Below, in pieces: positions 1 through 9,967 of a DNA stretch of 64,000 bases. Position numbers and translations under genes: made by a program. The stretch lies in assembly GCA_965228855.1 (NCBI GenBank), contig CBDDIJ010000005.1:160001-224000 (forward strand), given 5' to 3'. Positions within the stretch are counted from its first letter, which is position 1; every line of letters starts with the position of its first letter. Source of the stretch: Candidatus Obscuribacterales bacterium (GTDB lineage: Bacteria > Cyanobacteriota > Vampirovibrionia > Obscuribacterales > Obscuribacteraceae). Below the pieces are notes generated by a model, which ran no database searches, was not told the DNA's origin, and worked only from the letters and a program-made list of their open reading frames with translations.

Positions 1-111
1 CAACTAACAGTAAGTAAACAAACAAACAAACAAGCAGCATTTAGCGATTGAGAATCAAAAATTTAGAACCAGACTTGAGATCTGCCAACGCAATTGCAGA
101 GACTCGCACCA

Positions 112-396
112 TTAGTTGTCGGTGTTGTCGATAACGCTCACGATAATTTGACGCATTCTCTTATGCGCAACTCTTGCCGCATCAGCATCATTGCTATCCT
201 CGTGAAGTTCAACCAGCTCCAGAAGAACAACCGCAACGGGAATGCTCATCAAACCGAAACGGTCTTCTGCTTTTCTCAATGCATGTTTCAAGAGCGTTTC
301 CGCAGCCTTGAGGTCTCCCTTCTTGCGACATCGTCCAGCTATGCTCACGAGTCCGTGAAGCTCAGAGTTCAAACAACCTTTCTCCATATTCATCAT
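112..396 (-). CDS. Small TPR-like helical protein
   Basis: 94-aa ORF with GAGG upstream; helix-turn-helix pattern GDLKAAETLLKHAL...FG...VAVVLLEL resembles kinesin-light-chain-type TPR. Confidence 0.6.
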   Translation of the reverse strand: MMNMEKGCLNSELHGLVSIAGRCRKKGDLKAAETLLKHALRKAEDRFGLMSIPVAVVLLELVELHEDSNDADAARVAHKRMRQIIVSVIDNTDN

Positions 397-686
397 TTCT
401 GCACCTCGCTATTAAAAGGGGTTCCGCTGAACCGCCGTCGCTGTGTCGGCGGGCGAAAGTGCCGTAGACAAACTGACTGCATACTTGCTTCTGTGTTCCG
501 AGCAATCGATTAAATTCAGAGAGAATTTTTTGTTCGGCTGCCGGGCGGCTAATAATTCAATCCTAGATGGCGCCTTCGTTCCCAGACATCCACCTTTTGG
601 CAAAAGTCCATCCGTCATTTGACGGATGCGAAAATAGGTGACCGGATCAACAACATCGGAGTTCCCGAAAATGGCTTCCGAACAGC

Positions 687-3161
687 TTATACACGCGACT
701 GAAGCGCTTCCAAAAAGTTCTGTTCAGTCAGGCGAGCACTCAAAATTTCGCTTTGTACGCTTAAAATTGCGAAACTTTCGTCCGCCGGAGCCACATCCGC
801 GCGTACTAGAGCGATGGTACAGCCCTCGTCCAGCGGACAATCAACAAACGGTTGAAATTTGTTTTGTACAAGGAAATTCAAATCAGCTGCTACCAGACCA
901 ATCGGCGCTCCACCTTGTTTTAATACGCTTGCAGTTGTCGCGAACGTCCAGCGAGACTTTTCTCCCGCACCGCAAGCATCCTGATTCTCAAGCTCAGAAG
1001 GAAGATTACCATCGCAAAGATATCCGCGAATACCAACGATCTCAGAAACTTGGTCTGTTCCCAACTGCGCACAATCGCTCATTACTCGAAGTGCGACAGG
1101 CAAGCTGAAAGGGCGCTCAGCGTCGCCAAAGCTGCGATAGACGATTGTTCTCACATTGGGCATCGTTTGGTTTATCGCTTGCAAAATATCGAGCAAACTA
1201 GCTCCGACAAAATTCGCGTCGATAAAAATGGCGGATGGTTTGACGGATTCCGTTACAGGCAGCGCATCTTCCGCGCGCGAGACCCGGCGACAGCCGATGC
1301 CGTTCTTCATCAGTGCCTTGTGCATGATCTGGATCACTGCGTCGTTATCACTAACCACGAGTGTATGTTTAATCGCATTGACGATCATCGTTCCACTGGC
1401 TCTAGGAGCGCGTCCAAGTGCTTTCAGCTCAAACCAGAACGTACTACCTTTGCCTTCTGCGCTTATCAAACCGACTGTTCCATCATGCTGCTGAACGACG
1501 GATTTGCAAATTGCCAGGCCCAGTCCTGGTCCAGTGAGTGATGAAGGCGTGGAAGAATGTCCGATGTTATGAAATTTTTCAAACAGCGTTGGCTGCTTGT
1601 CGGCAGGAATGCCCTTGCCGCTGTCGACCACTGAAAATCGGACGTTGCCGCTCTGCCGCAAAACGGCTTGGACCTGCACTTCACCGCCTTCATCGGAGTG
1701 TTTCACTGCGTTCGAAATAAAGTTCGTCAGTACCTGTATTATTCGCTCGCGGTCTGCCGATACAAATGCCTCTTCGGCAAGAGCGATGGTGATTTTGACG
1801 TTACGACTGTCGGCAAACTTCTGCATTCCGAGCACACTTTGATTTATTAGCTCTTCAACCTTAACCACCTCACGGTGAAACTGCATGCGCCCCGCCTCGA
1901 GTTTCCGAACATCGAGAATGTCGTTGACAATCTTCAACAGCTTCTCCGTCCCCTGGCGCGCAATCTTCAGCATTGCACGACCGTCTTCGGAATCGAGTGT
2001 TACCAGTCCCTCGTCGAGCAGCGCGAGAGAACCACGAAGCGAAGTGAGCGGTGTTCGCAATTCATGAGACACCATGCCGTATAGATCGGATACATGAGAC
2101 TCGGCTTCCTTCTGTCTGGTTACGTCCCGCGCCGTTAAGGAAATGATCGCGGTATCGCCTGCAGTGCCTACAATCTCCACGATGCTGGTTGACACAAAAA
2201 GCAAATCCCCGTCACGCGTCTCGAATTGCACTTCAAATGCCGGTAAACGCGGAAAGTTTCGCAGCTCGGAGACATTGTTCCAATATGTCTTTCGATAATC
2301 TTCAGGCAAAATCGTATTGAGATGTTTCCCCTTGATCTCAAACTTGCTATACCCGAGAAGCTGCTCAGCCCCCAGGTTCCAACTGGTAATCTTTCCTTCG
2401 AGGTTATGGAAAATAATAGCGTCACTGCTGTTTTTAACTAAACTGGCATATCGGTTATTGCGCTCGATTTCCGTTGTTTCAGCCTGGGACGCGGGTGGCT
2501 CAAAGCTGTCTGCACTGTCCGAAGACATTGGTCGACGATTGGAGTCGTCGAATTGCAATTCAAGCTCGGCATTCTCAAATGTTTCACTCTGCACCTTCCA
2601 ATCTTTAGCCTGGTAGTGACTGCAAACTGCCAGGCATATCGCACTCTCAAGGGCTAGAAACAGCAAACAGACGGTTGGAGGCGAATAAATCTGAAGCGAC
2701 GTGATCCAGAGAAGAATCAAAACAGAAACAACAGCCTGCACAACGGCAACCTGAGTGTTCCGATATAGCCCGGCAAGCAACATCGCGAGCGCCAGTCCAC
2801 ACAGAAGAACGTCGCCACTCCTCAGCACAGCCGCTGCCGCAATTGAGAGGAGCGTCTGAGATGCTACTACCGCCAACGCGGACCAGCCGGCGTTAGCATG
2901 CCTGCGGAGCGTGAGGCTAGTAACAACCAGAATAGAGATTCCTAAAAACGCATAGAGACAGCCCGATAGCCAGTGTTGCTGAACCACCACAAAAACGGTA
3001 GAAAGCATTGTTTCCGCAATCAGAAATTTGAAAAGGTAGTTCTTTCCAAGGTCATAGGCATACCTGGACCGAACATCCTCGACCAACTCGGGGAGTGTCC
3101 TTACCTGTCCATCGATCGTTGCAATTCGGCGAGGCATATCGGCTCTAACGAGGGATGCCAT
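687..3161 (-). CDS. Membrane-bound PAS sensor histidine kinase with C-terminal degenerate receiver-like domain
   Basis: Several N-terminal TM segments; PAS (SSDAII..ITSWNLGAEQLLGY); H-box VSHELRTPL; N-box NFISNAVK; G-boxes DSGKGI and GLGLAI. Confidence 0.92.
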   Translation of the reverse strand: MASLVRADMPRRIATIDGQVRTLPELVEDVRSRYAYDLGKNYLFKFLIAETMLSTVFVVVQQHWLSGCLYAFLGISILVVTSLTLRRHANAGWSALAVVASQTLLSIAAAAVLRSGDVLLCGLALAMLLAGLYRNTQVAVVQAVVSVLILLWITSLQIYSPPTVCLLFLALESAICLAVCSHYQAKDWKVQSETFENAELELQFDDSNRRPMSSDSADSFEPPASQAETTEIERNNRYASLVKNSSDAIIFHNLEGKITSWNLGAEQLLGYSKFEIKGKHLNTILPEDYRKTYWNNVSELRNFPRLPAFEVQFETRDGDLLFVSTSIVEIVGTAGDTAIISLTARDVTRQKEAESHVSDLYGMVSHELRTPLTSLRGSLALLDEGLVTLDSEDGRAMLKIARQGTEKLLKIVNDILDVRKLEAGRMQFHREVVKVEELINQSVLGMQKFADSRNVKITIALAEEAFVSADRERIIQVLTNFISNAVKHSDEGGEVQVQAVLRQSGNVRFSVVDSGKGIPADKQPTLFEKFHNIGHSSTPSSLTGPGLGLAICKSVVQQHDGTVGLISAEGKGSTFWFELKALGRAPRASGTMIVNAIKHTLVVSDNDAVIQIMHKALMKNGIGCRRVSRAEDALPVTESVKPSAIFIDANFVGASLLDILQAINQTMPNVRTIVYRSFGDAERPFSLPVALRVMSDCAQLGTDQVSEIVGIRGYLCDGNLPSELENQDACGAGEKSRWTFATTASVLKQGGAPIGLVAADLNFLVQNKFQPFVDCPLDEGCTIALVRADVAPADESFAILSVQSEILSARLTEQNFLEALQSRV

Positions 3162-3267
3162 TGGATTCGGTTTCTTGTTAAATTATTCGCGAACTGCAGC
3201 AGTTTAAAACCTCCCACCGACTATCTGAGAGCCGTTGGGAGGTTTGAAGATTGGCGTGAAACAGTCG

Positions 3268-4539
3268 CTAACGGCCCTGACGGCGGTCGCCGCGCGGCTG
3301 CTGCTGTTGCTGCGGCGGGATGCGCGGAACTTCGCGATGCTGCTGCGGCTGTGGACGGGGCATCTCGCGATGAGGTTGAGGCTGCGGCTGGATTCTCGGC
3401 ATCTCCCGGTGAGGCTGAGGCTGCATTCTCGGAATTTCGCGGTGTTGCTCGTGTCTCCGGTCATCGCGCGGTTGAGGCTCAAATCGCGGCAGGGGAGGCT
3501 GCTCACGTCGCTGGATCGGCTGTTGATCCGGACGGCGATCGAACCGCGGCTGGTCCTGGCGCCAGTCACGACGCTGATCGGACTGATCTTGTCTGGGAGG
3601 AATTTCGAGGCGTGGACGGCGTCCGTCGTCTTGCCGAGGATGTTGCCAGCGAGGCGGCGGTTGCTCGCCAAAACGAGGCGGTTGTCTGTTGTCTTGTCCC
3701 TGCTGTTGCTGCCTCAGGCGCTGTTGCTCTTGCAACCATCGCATCCGCTGTTGCTGCTCCTGCTGCCAATCCTGTTGGCTCTGCTGCTGGCGCCATCTCT
3801 GACCTTGATCGTATCTGGGATCCTGTTGACGCCAACGCGGGTCCTGCCCCTGGCGCCAGGGCTGCTGTCCTTGATTCCACTGTTGGTGTTGACCGCCATT
3901 CCAGAAATTTGGATTCCTCTGAACATATTGCTGGCTGCGATCGAAATAGCGCCGGTAGTTGCTGTCATCCTGATACGGATAATCTCGATACTGGCGTCCC
4001 CACTGACCGTCATTCTGCGGATACCAACCACCCTGGCTGTCCATCCAGTTCTGCCGGTAGTGCGGGCGATTTTGCCAACGACTGAATTGGCCGTTTAGTA
4101 GATGACCGACGAACATCGATGTGATCATTGCGAAAGGGTCGAAACGATTAGCTTCGATGTATCGGCCATCGGAATATCTTGGATAGGGCTGCTCAGGCGC
4201 ACCTTTGATGATCGCAACTTGCTCCTGACCATACTTACGGCTATCTACAACCACGCTGCGATCGCCTGTGTCAATCCAATCAACGCCACCATTCGGGCTT
4301 GGGACCTGACGCACCATTGGTTGTATTTTGAGATCAGCACCGACGTTAGGTTCATCATATTGTTGTATTCGCTGCAACAGGTCGATCGCCAGTGGCCCTG
4401 GTCGGTCGTATAGTTCTTGACGAATGACATCCGCGGCAGTGCGTGGGTCTTGCTGGTCGAGCATCAACCCGATTCGATCTGCTGTTCGTCTGTTTTCGTC
4501 GCAGGCCTGCTGTCCGAATTGTTCGCAGTTCATGCCCAT
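3268..4539 (-). CDS. Hypothetical protein with long Gln/Arg/Pro-rich low-complexity C-terminus
   Basis: GAGG RBS before ATG 4539 (MGMNCEQ); globular-looking N-terminus followed by repeats such as (H)RE(M/I/V)PR..PQPQ. Confidence 0.7.
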   Translation of the reverse strand: MGMNCEQFGQQACDENRRTADRIGLMLDQQDPRTAADVIRQELYDRPGPLAIDLLQRIQQYDEPNVGADLKIQPMVRQVPSPNGGVDWIDTGDRSVVVDSRKYGQEQVAIIKGAPEQPYPRYSDGRYIEANRFDPFAMITSMFVGHLLNGQFSRWQNRPHYRQNWMDSQGGWYPQNDGQWGRQYRDYPYQDDSNYRRYFDRSQQYVQRNPNFWNGGQHQQWNQGQQPWRQGQDPRWRQQDPRYDQGQRWRQQQSQQDWQQEQQQRMRWLQEQQRLRQQQQGQDNRQPPRFGEQPPPRWQHPRQDDGRRPRLEIPPRQDQSDQRRDWRQDQPRFDRRPDQQPIQRREQPPLPRFEPQPRDDRRHEQHREIPRMQPQPHREMPRIQPQPQPHREMPRPQPQQHREVPRIPPQQQQQPRGDRRQGR

Positions 4540-4933
4540 GCAATGCCTCTTTTTGTGCCAGGGTGACAATGAAAATGATGCCAGCGAAACGAGTGAAGAG
4601 GAATGGTGCAATCACGAAGTTGACGACATTATTTTCGCGAAGCTTTTGACAGCTCAAAACACTGTATCAGCCAGCCTTTCGAGAGAGCAGACCCGTTCTC
4701 ACAAAAACACTATAATACCAGATATGGTAGCGCCCGCGGTGCAGACGCTACGAAACACGATAAAGTCAAAATCCAAGTGACCTGACGATAACTTTCAAGC
4801 GTGACGGTATCGTGACCTCAAGCAGGTCGGCCGGTGCGATTGTACAAAAACTTGAAATACCGATGCTCTTGGGATATTCGATATACTTGGATGGGAATAA
4901 ACAGAAGCACGCAGAGGTTTTCTCAGGACTGTT

Positions 4934-6115
4934 ATGTACAATACGGCGGGCAAAACGTTTAAAGAATTAGCTCTGGATATTAACTTCTGGAGACAGCTCA
5001 ATCCGGATTTGACGATCACGGAATACTCGCGGTCTGATTGGGGTCCTTATCGACTGACTGCGCAGCAGAAGAAGGATGTTCGCGAGAGCCTGATCGAAGA
5101 AGGCTACTTTCACCTCAATTCGGTTTTCGATCCCGCGGAGCTAAAGAAGCTGGCAGACGCCGCCAAAGTATTGCATAGAGAGCAATGGCCAACAGTATTC
5201 GCTTTTGTTTACGACGAGTTCTGGCATATACAAAATCGCTACCGGGACATTCTCACCGAGATGCTCGGTAAGGAACACAGATTAATGCCCAATATCTGGG
5301 TGTTCTACATAAACCCGGATAACGAAAGCAAGGGCTGGGGGCCCCATAGAGACCGGCAAAAGATTGTGAATTTGAGACCGGATGGAACACCCTTATCAAT
5401 CAACTTCTGGACACCGCTCACAGATGCCACTCCATTAAATGGCTGTATGTATGCGCTCCCCGCAAATCGAGACAGATATTACTCGACCAATACAAGCACA
5501 ACCTTGGCCGAGGACCTTCAGGACATTCGCGCGTTACCTGCACCAGTTGGTTCCGTGCTGGGCTGGAATGAGACAGTCTTCCACTGGGGAGCGCGTTCCA
5601 GCAATCGAGCTAGCGAGCCGCGCATTGCGATCGCCTCAGTTTTTCAAAGCACCGAATGCGGTGCATTCGAGACTCCACTCTTGCCGGTAGGGCAACTGTT
5701 GCCGTTTGAGATGCGCGTTGGTTTAATCGCACAACAGTTTTCTAGATTTATCGTGCAGGACAGCTTTTCTCCCGCCGTGCAACAACTATCTCAAGAGCTT
5801 GCCCCATACTTTGGCGAAACCATTCGAATTCTCGACGACGGCTGGCGGTACTGGGACATAATGAGTGATGAGCCTGATCCGCTGAAAGAGGAAGCGATTG
5901 AAAAAACCGGTTCCAATCAGCTTCCAACACCGCCACGAGGTTTCGAGAAGGGTCGTGTGTTCAAGTCGACGTTTGAAGAAATTCGCCAGGCGCGGAGCAA
6001 TCCCAGCGAAATCGACGAACCCGGCAGTAAAAAGACTTCGGCGGACGGCGCTACTGGAAGTGATGAACAAAAGGCCGAGTCAAAAAACTGGCTCGAAAAG
6101 CTGGGTCTGAAATAG
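4934..6115 (+). CDS. Phytanoyl-CoA dioxygenase-family Fe(II)/2-oxoglutarate oxygenase
   Basis: HxD motif WGPHRD, WTPLTDATPLNGCM, distal His VFHWG and Arg in EPRIA. Confidence 0.85.
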   Translation: MYNTAGKTFKELALDINFWRQLNPDLTITEYSRSDWGPYRLTAQQKKDVRESLIEEGYFHLNSVFDPAELKKLADAAKVLHREQWPTVFAFVYDEFWHIQNRYRDILTEMLGKEHRLMPNIWVFYINPDNESKGWGPHRDRQKIVNLRPDGTPLSINFWTPLTDATPLNGCMYALPANRDRYYSTNTSTTLAEDLQDIRALPAPVGSVLGWNETVFHWGARSSNRASEPRIAIASVFQSTECGAFETPLLPVGQLLPFEMRVGLIAQQFSRFIVQDSFSPAVQQLSQELAPYFGETIRILDDGWRYWDIMSDEPDPLKEEAIEKTGSNQLPTPPRGFEKGRVFKSTFEEIRQARSNPSEIDEPGSKKTSADGATGSDEQKAESKNWLEKLGLK

Positions 6116-6285
6116 GTCTCCCATCGGAACGTATCGTTCACGAAAGTTTCACCTAGTGCCCCAAAAGCCCCACAGGCGAACAATATCACAATCAACAATG
6201 CGTAAATTCCCCAGTGACTTATTGGTTAAATAAGTACACAATACTGTTCTCTTACGCTCCTGTAAAAACGTTGGCGAGTGAAATC

Positions 6286-8802
6286 ATGGACGGTGTGCCC
6301 CTGGATTCCAGGCAAGGCGCAACTTTTGCGCCGGTTATAAACGCACTCGATGCAGCCTTCTCTGAGAGGTCATTGCGCGAGTTAGATAAGGACGCAAAGC
6401 TCGACGGTAAGAACGTCACGATTCAGAATGACAAAGTTCAGTCGCTTCCACTGTCCGGCGACTTTTTGAACGGCAACATCAAGATCGATTCGCTCGATTT
6501 AAAGAAAGAAGTCAAATTTGAAATCGACCAGAAGTCGAAAACCGCATCCAATATAAGCGGCGTAACCTTGAACCTGACCATATTCGGATCGCCCTATGAG
6601 ATGGAAGTTTCCAAAGTTCGCCTGGGTCACGACGCCAAAGGACAAAAGACTCTATTTACGGAAATGAAAAATCCTTTGCCGGAACCCGGCCAGAGGATTG
6701 TCGGAATGCCTCCCTCATTCTCGGTTGAAATTCCAGTCACTGATAATGGTCTGCAAGCACCACTACTGAGTAAGGTCTTCGCTGACGCCGCCTCCTCGAC
6801 CGGTCCTTCGATAGCAGGTCTTTTGTCTGCAGACGCACTAAACGAAGCATCGAATGTCGCATTATTTGTCGAATCCAATCCGAAGTGGGTTCAGCACGTT
6901 GTTGAGCCAGCTTTGCAGGACATTCTTAGACATCTGGTGACGAAGCCCGCAAACACTGGAGGACGTATTGACGCCGCGCTAGCGCAACCTGCCCGTCCGA
7001 CACCACCCATGGTGACACCCGTCAGCTTCCCTGGTAACGGTCAATGGAAGCCGACACCGGCAGCGGTATCAGCGCCATCAAAACTCGACATCACCAAACC
7101 TGGTGATTATCTTCAGACGATGACAATTGAGGGGGCGGAGCGCAAGTATCACGTTCACGTTCCGCCCAGCTATAACGGCAAGACTCCAATGCCAATGGTC
7201 ATCTTGCTCCACGGCCACGGTCAAGACGGAAAGACGATCGCGCAACACACGAAGTTCGATCAGATGGCCAATCGCGAAGGTTTCATCGCAGTTTACCCTG
7301 ACGCAAGAAGTTGGGCCGGTCGGGACGAATGGCGCGCGTGGGACACTGATAACGGTTTGATCCCACCGGGAGCTGACGCCGACGATGTTTCGTTCATGCG
7401 CCAGATCATAGACCGTACTGAGAAAGACTACAAAGTCGACCCGAAGCGAATCTATATGGCTGGACTTTCCAACGGCGGAATGATGAGCTTTCGAGCAGCC
7501 GGTGAACTGTCGGATAAGCTCGCGGCGATCGCAGTCGTTAGCGGGGCCATGAGCGGCAACGAACCGCCGCCGAAGCAGCCACTTTCAGTCATGAATATTC
7601 ATGGCACCGAAGACGGTATCGTTCCCTACGACGGGTTGAAGAACGTCCCCTCCTCGCTGGCGGCGATCGGTCTGCCTCGGTTTAAGCCGATGGATTATGC
7701 CACCAATTTCTGGGTCGAACAGAACAAAATTACGAATCCACCGATTGTGCTACGCAATGAGAATGTCGTGGAGCGTCGATTCATTAACGCCGACAATGGC
7801 ACGGAAGTCAACGAATACACCATCAAAGGCGGCAGACACGTTCCCGATCAGATAGATCAACTGACAGGTGAAATTTGGAAATTCTTCGAGGCACACCCGA
7901 AAGCGAGCGGACAAACATCAGGAACGCTTCAGCTTAAGGACGTCCCATTCGACTTGACAAAAAAACTCCGAACACATATCCAAACGCGTGGTATCAACGG
8001 ACTGCAAATCGACGCCGGCGACATGCTTAACGAAGTCAAATACTTGCGCGACGGAAGCCTGTCACCATCAGGCCTGATATCCGACTTTGAGAAACAATCG
8101 GGGACTACACTCAGCGATACCGCAAGTCTGTTTTTGAAGTCCACAAATTCCATTTCGAAGCAGGGACAACGCATTAAAATTGAAATGGAAAAACCTCAGG
8201 AGATTGAGATAAAGAGCGGTGGAAACCCGGTCGAAGTTAAATCGGTTCGCATCGATAATACAATGTTCGATCTGGAAAGCGAAAAGGGTAAAACGTCGTT
8301 CACCGACATTTCAGGTGTCAGTTTTAACGTGAGAGCATTCGGAACGGATATGAACGTTCCGGTCTCTGAAGTAACCCAGAAGCTAGACGGCAAGGGGGTG
8401 CCCTACTATCGTTTGAAGGCACAAAACCCGATTGGATCTTTCGCCAGAGCGGTGCTCATAGCGGACAAAGACATTCCGATAGAGATGCAATTCAACTCCA
8501 TAGGCAATAGTCAACTTCTAAATCAGCGCGAATTGAAAGACGCATCACTCGGTGTAAACCCAGTTACGAGGGGATACATAGACATCGGCCAACATGGATA
8601 TAGCATGGTCACTCAACCAAGTTGGGGATCTGCCTTACACCTGACCAAAGACGTTGGTATCATGGGCGGTTCCGCATACGGAACGTACAAACTAGCGTCG
8701 AGACTTGGAACTAAAGGACGCGTAGGTGCAGCGCTCGGAGTTGGTCTCATAGCTGCACCTGCGGTTATTCACGGCATTGAACGTCTGATCGGCAACGACT
8801 GA
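6286..8802 (+). CDS. Large protein with central PHB-depolymerase/LpqC-type alpha/beta hydrolase domain
   Basis: LLHGHG, AVYPD, nucleophile GLSNGG, IHGTED, GGRH; start moved to ATG 6286 (ORF is open from 6214). Confidence 0.85.
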   Translation: MDGVPLDSRQGATFAPVINALDAAFSERSLRELDKDAKLDGKNVTIQNDKVQSLPLSGDFLNGNIKIDSLDLKKEVKFEIDQKSKTASNISGVTLNLTIFGSPYEMEVSKVRLGHDAKGQKTLFTEMKNPLPEPGQRIVGMPPSFSVEIPVTDNGLQAPLLSKVFADAASSTGPSIAGLLSADALNEASNVALFVESNPKWVQHVVEPALQDILRHLVTKPANTGGRIDAALAQPARPTPPMVTPVSFPGNGQWKPTPAAVSAPSKLDITKPGDYLQTMTIEGAERKYHVHVPPSYNGKTPMPMVILLHGHGQDGKTIAQHTKFDQMANREGFIAVYPDARSWAGRDEWRAWDTDNGLIPPGADADDVSFMRQIIDRTEKDYKVDPKRIYMAGLSNGGMMSFRAAGELSDKLAAIAVVSGAMSGNEPPPKQPLSVMNIHGTEDGIVPYDGLKNVPSSLAAIGLPRFKPMDYATNFWVEQNKITNPPIVLRNENVVERRFINADNGTEVNEYTIKGGRHVPDQIDQLTGEIWKFFEAHPKASGQTSGTLQLKDVPFDLTKKLRTHIQTRGINGLQIDAGDMLNEVKYLRDGSLSPSGLISDFEKQSGTTLSDTASLFLKSTNSISKQGQRIKIEMEKPQEIEIKSGGNPVEVKSVRIDNTMFDLESEKGKTSFTDISGVSFNVRAFGTDMNVPVSEVTQKLDGKGVPYYRLKAQNPIGSFARAVLIADKDIPIEMQFNSIGNSQLLNQRELKDASLGVNPVTRGYIDIGQHGYSMVTQPSWGSALHLTKDVGIMGGSAYGTYKLASRLGTKGRVGAALGVGLIAAPAVIHGIERLIGND

Positions 8803-8853
8803 CAATCAAGGTCAAAAGGCTCAGGACTGTGACTAGAGAATAAATAAATCGAA

Positions 8854-8877
8854 GGGGCGACACATGCGCATCGCCCC
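8854..8877 (-). terminator. Intrinsic terminator between convergent genes
   Basis: GGGGCGA...TCGCCCC stem, followed on the minus strand by a T-rich tract. Confidence 0.7.
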
Positions 8878-8904
8878 ATTCCATCTTTATCGCTCTAGAA
8901 ACAA

Positions 8905-9894
8905 CTAGTCGTGCCTATCGCGTTTGATTTTATTATCCAGCTTTTCCTGGCGTCTATCGAGCTTTCGAGCTTCTTTGTTAGTGAGACCGCCACCGGAAGC
9001 CTCCATGCGATCCTGCTGACGCTGCAACTTTGTAGCGTCCTGTCTTATATCGCGAGCTTCCTTTTTGGTGATGCCGGAACCAGGTCGATTGTCATTTTTA
9101 TTTTTCCAGTCATCACGATTGTTGTTGAAATCGCGCTTCGCATCTTTGATGTCATCCCGCATATCGCGCTTCCATTGCTTGTTTGCTTTAGCCGGCCGCC
9201 AGGAATTTGTCCAACCAAGCGGCTGCTTACCGAGCCAACGACTTCTGTCACCGTCGTGACCTTCTTTGTAGATTTTCTCAGCAAGCCGATCGATCTCACT
9301 ATCAAGTTTGACGCGTTCGGCGGGGCTCATGCCGCCGATACTGAGCTTGCGTTTAAGTTCGTTAACCCGAGCAAGCTGGCCCCGAAGCCGATTCGCCTCT
9401 GCAGAGGTAATGGAACCGTTTCGGACTCCGGCGTTAATGCGGGCCTCTTCATCGGTCGTCATCGTGTCTAAATTCCAGTGTTGCCACGCATTCAAATTCA
9501 TGTAGTTGTTGAGCCGTCCGCCGTTTCCACGAGCCCAATCCCAGGGCTTGTTGCCCAGCCATCTTTGCCTGTCACCATCTTTGCTTTCTTTGTAAATTTG
9601 TTGTGCCAGATTGTCGAGTTCTGCATCGAGCCTCAATCTCTCGGTTTTATTTAAACCATTTACGCCCAATCTGGACTTTAAACTGTTAATTTGATTCAGG
9701 CGATTTTGAAGTTTGTCAGCCTCAGCCTTGGTTAATGAACCGTTTTTGACTCCAGCCGTTATACGGGCTTGTTCGTCCGTCGACATGGTGTTCAAATTCC
9801 AGTGCTGCCACGTAGGTAAATCAAGAAAGTTTTGCGCGCTGGCAGGAAGGGCTATCGCAGCCCAAAGAACCACAGATAACGCTGTTCGTTTCAT
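8905..9894 (-). CDS. Secreted helical repeat protein
   Basis: Signal peptide MKRTALSVVLWAAIALPASA; two long internal repeats WQHWNL.TM.TDE.ARI.AGV.NGS.T.AEA. Confidence 0.8.
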   Translation of the reverse strand: MKRTALSVVLWAAIALPASAQNFLDLPTWQHWNLNTMSTDEQARITAGVKNGSLTKAEADKLQNRLNQINSLKSRLGVNGLNKTERLRLDAELDNLAQQIYKESKDGDRQRWLGNKPWDWARGNGGRLNNYMNLNAWQHWNLDTMTTDEEARINAGVRNGSITSAEANRLRGQLARVNELKRKLSIGGMSPAERVKLDSEIDRLAEKIYKEGHDGDRSRWLGKQPLGWTNSWRPAKANKQWKRDMRDDIKDAKRDFNNNRDDWKNKNDNRPGSGITKKEARDIRQDATKLQRQQDRMEASGGGLTNKEARKLDRRQEKLDNKIKRDRHD

Positions 9895-9967
9895 TTTAAA
9901 AATCACTCCTCGCTGTGGCTGACTAGATTACTCTATGTTCGCGCGAGAAACATTACCTTGCAGGCTA

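Noticed and set aside
16..33. (AAAC)n microsatellite
   Set aside because: Only about four units at the window edge, with no link to a promoter or ORF.
595..680. c-di-GMP-I riboswitch (GGCAAA...GAAA look-alike)
   Set aside because: No GNRA-capped P2 or matching receptor/P3, and the orientation is opposite to the flanking genes.
2973..4098. Long plus-strand ORFs (370 aa and 287 aa) and minus-strand 3204-3671
   Set aside because: Shadow frames of the low-complexity Gln/Arg-rich gene, with no recognisable motifs.
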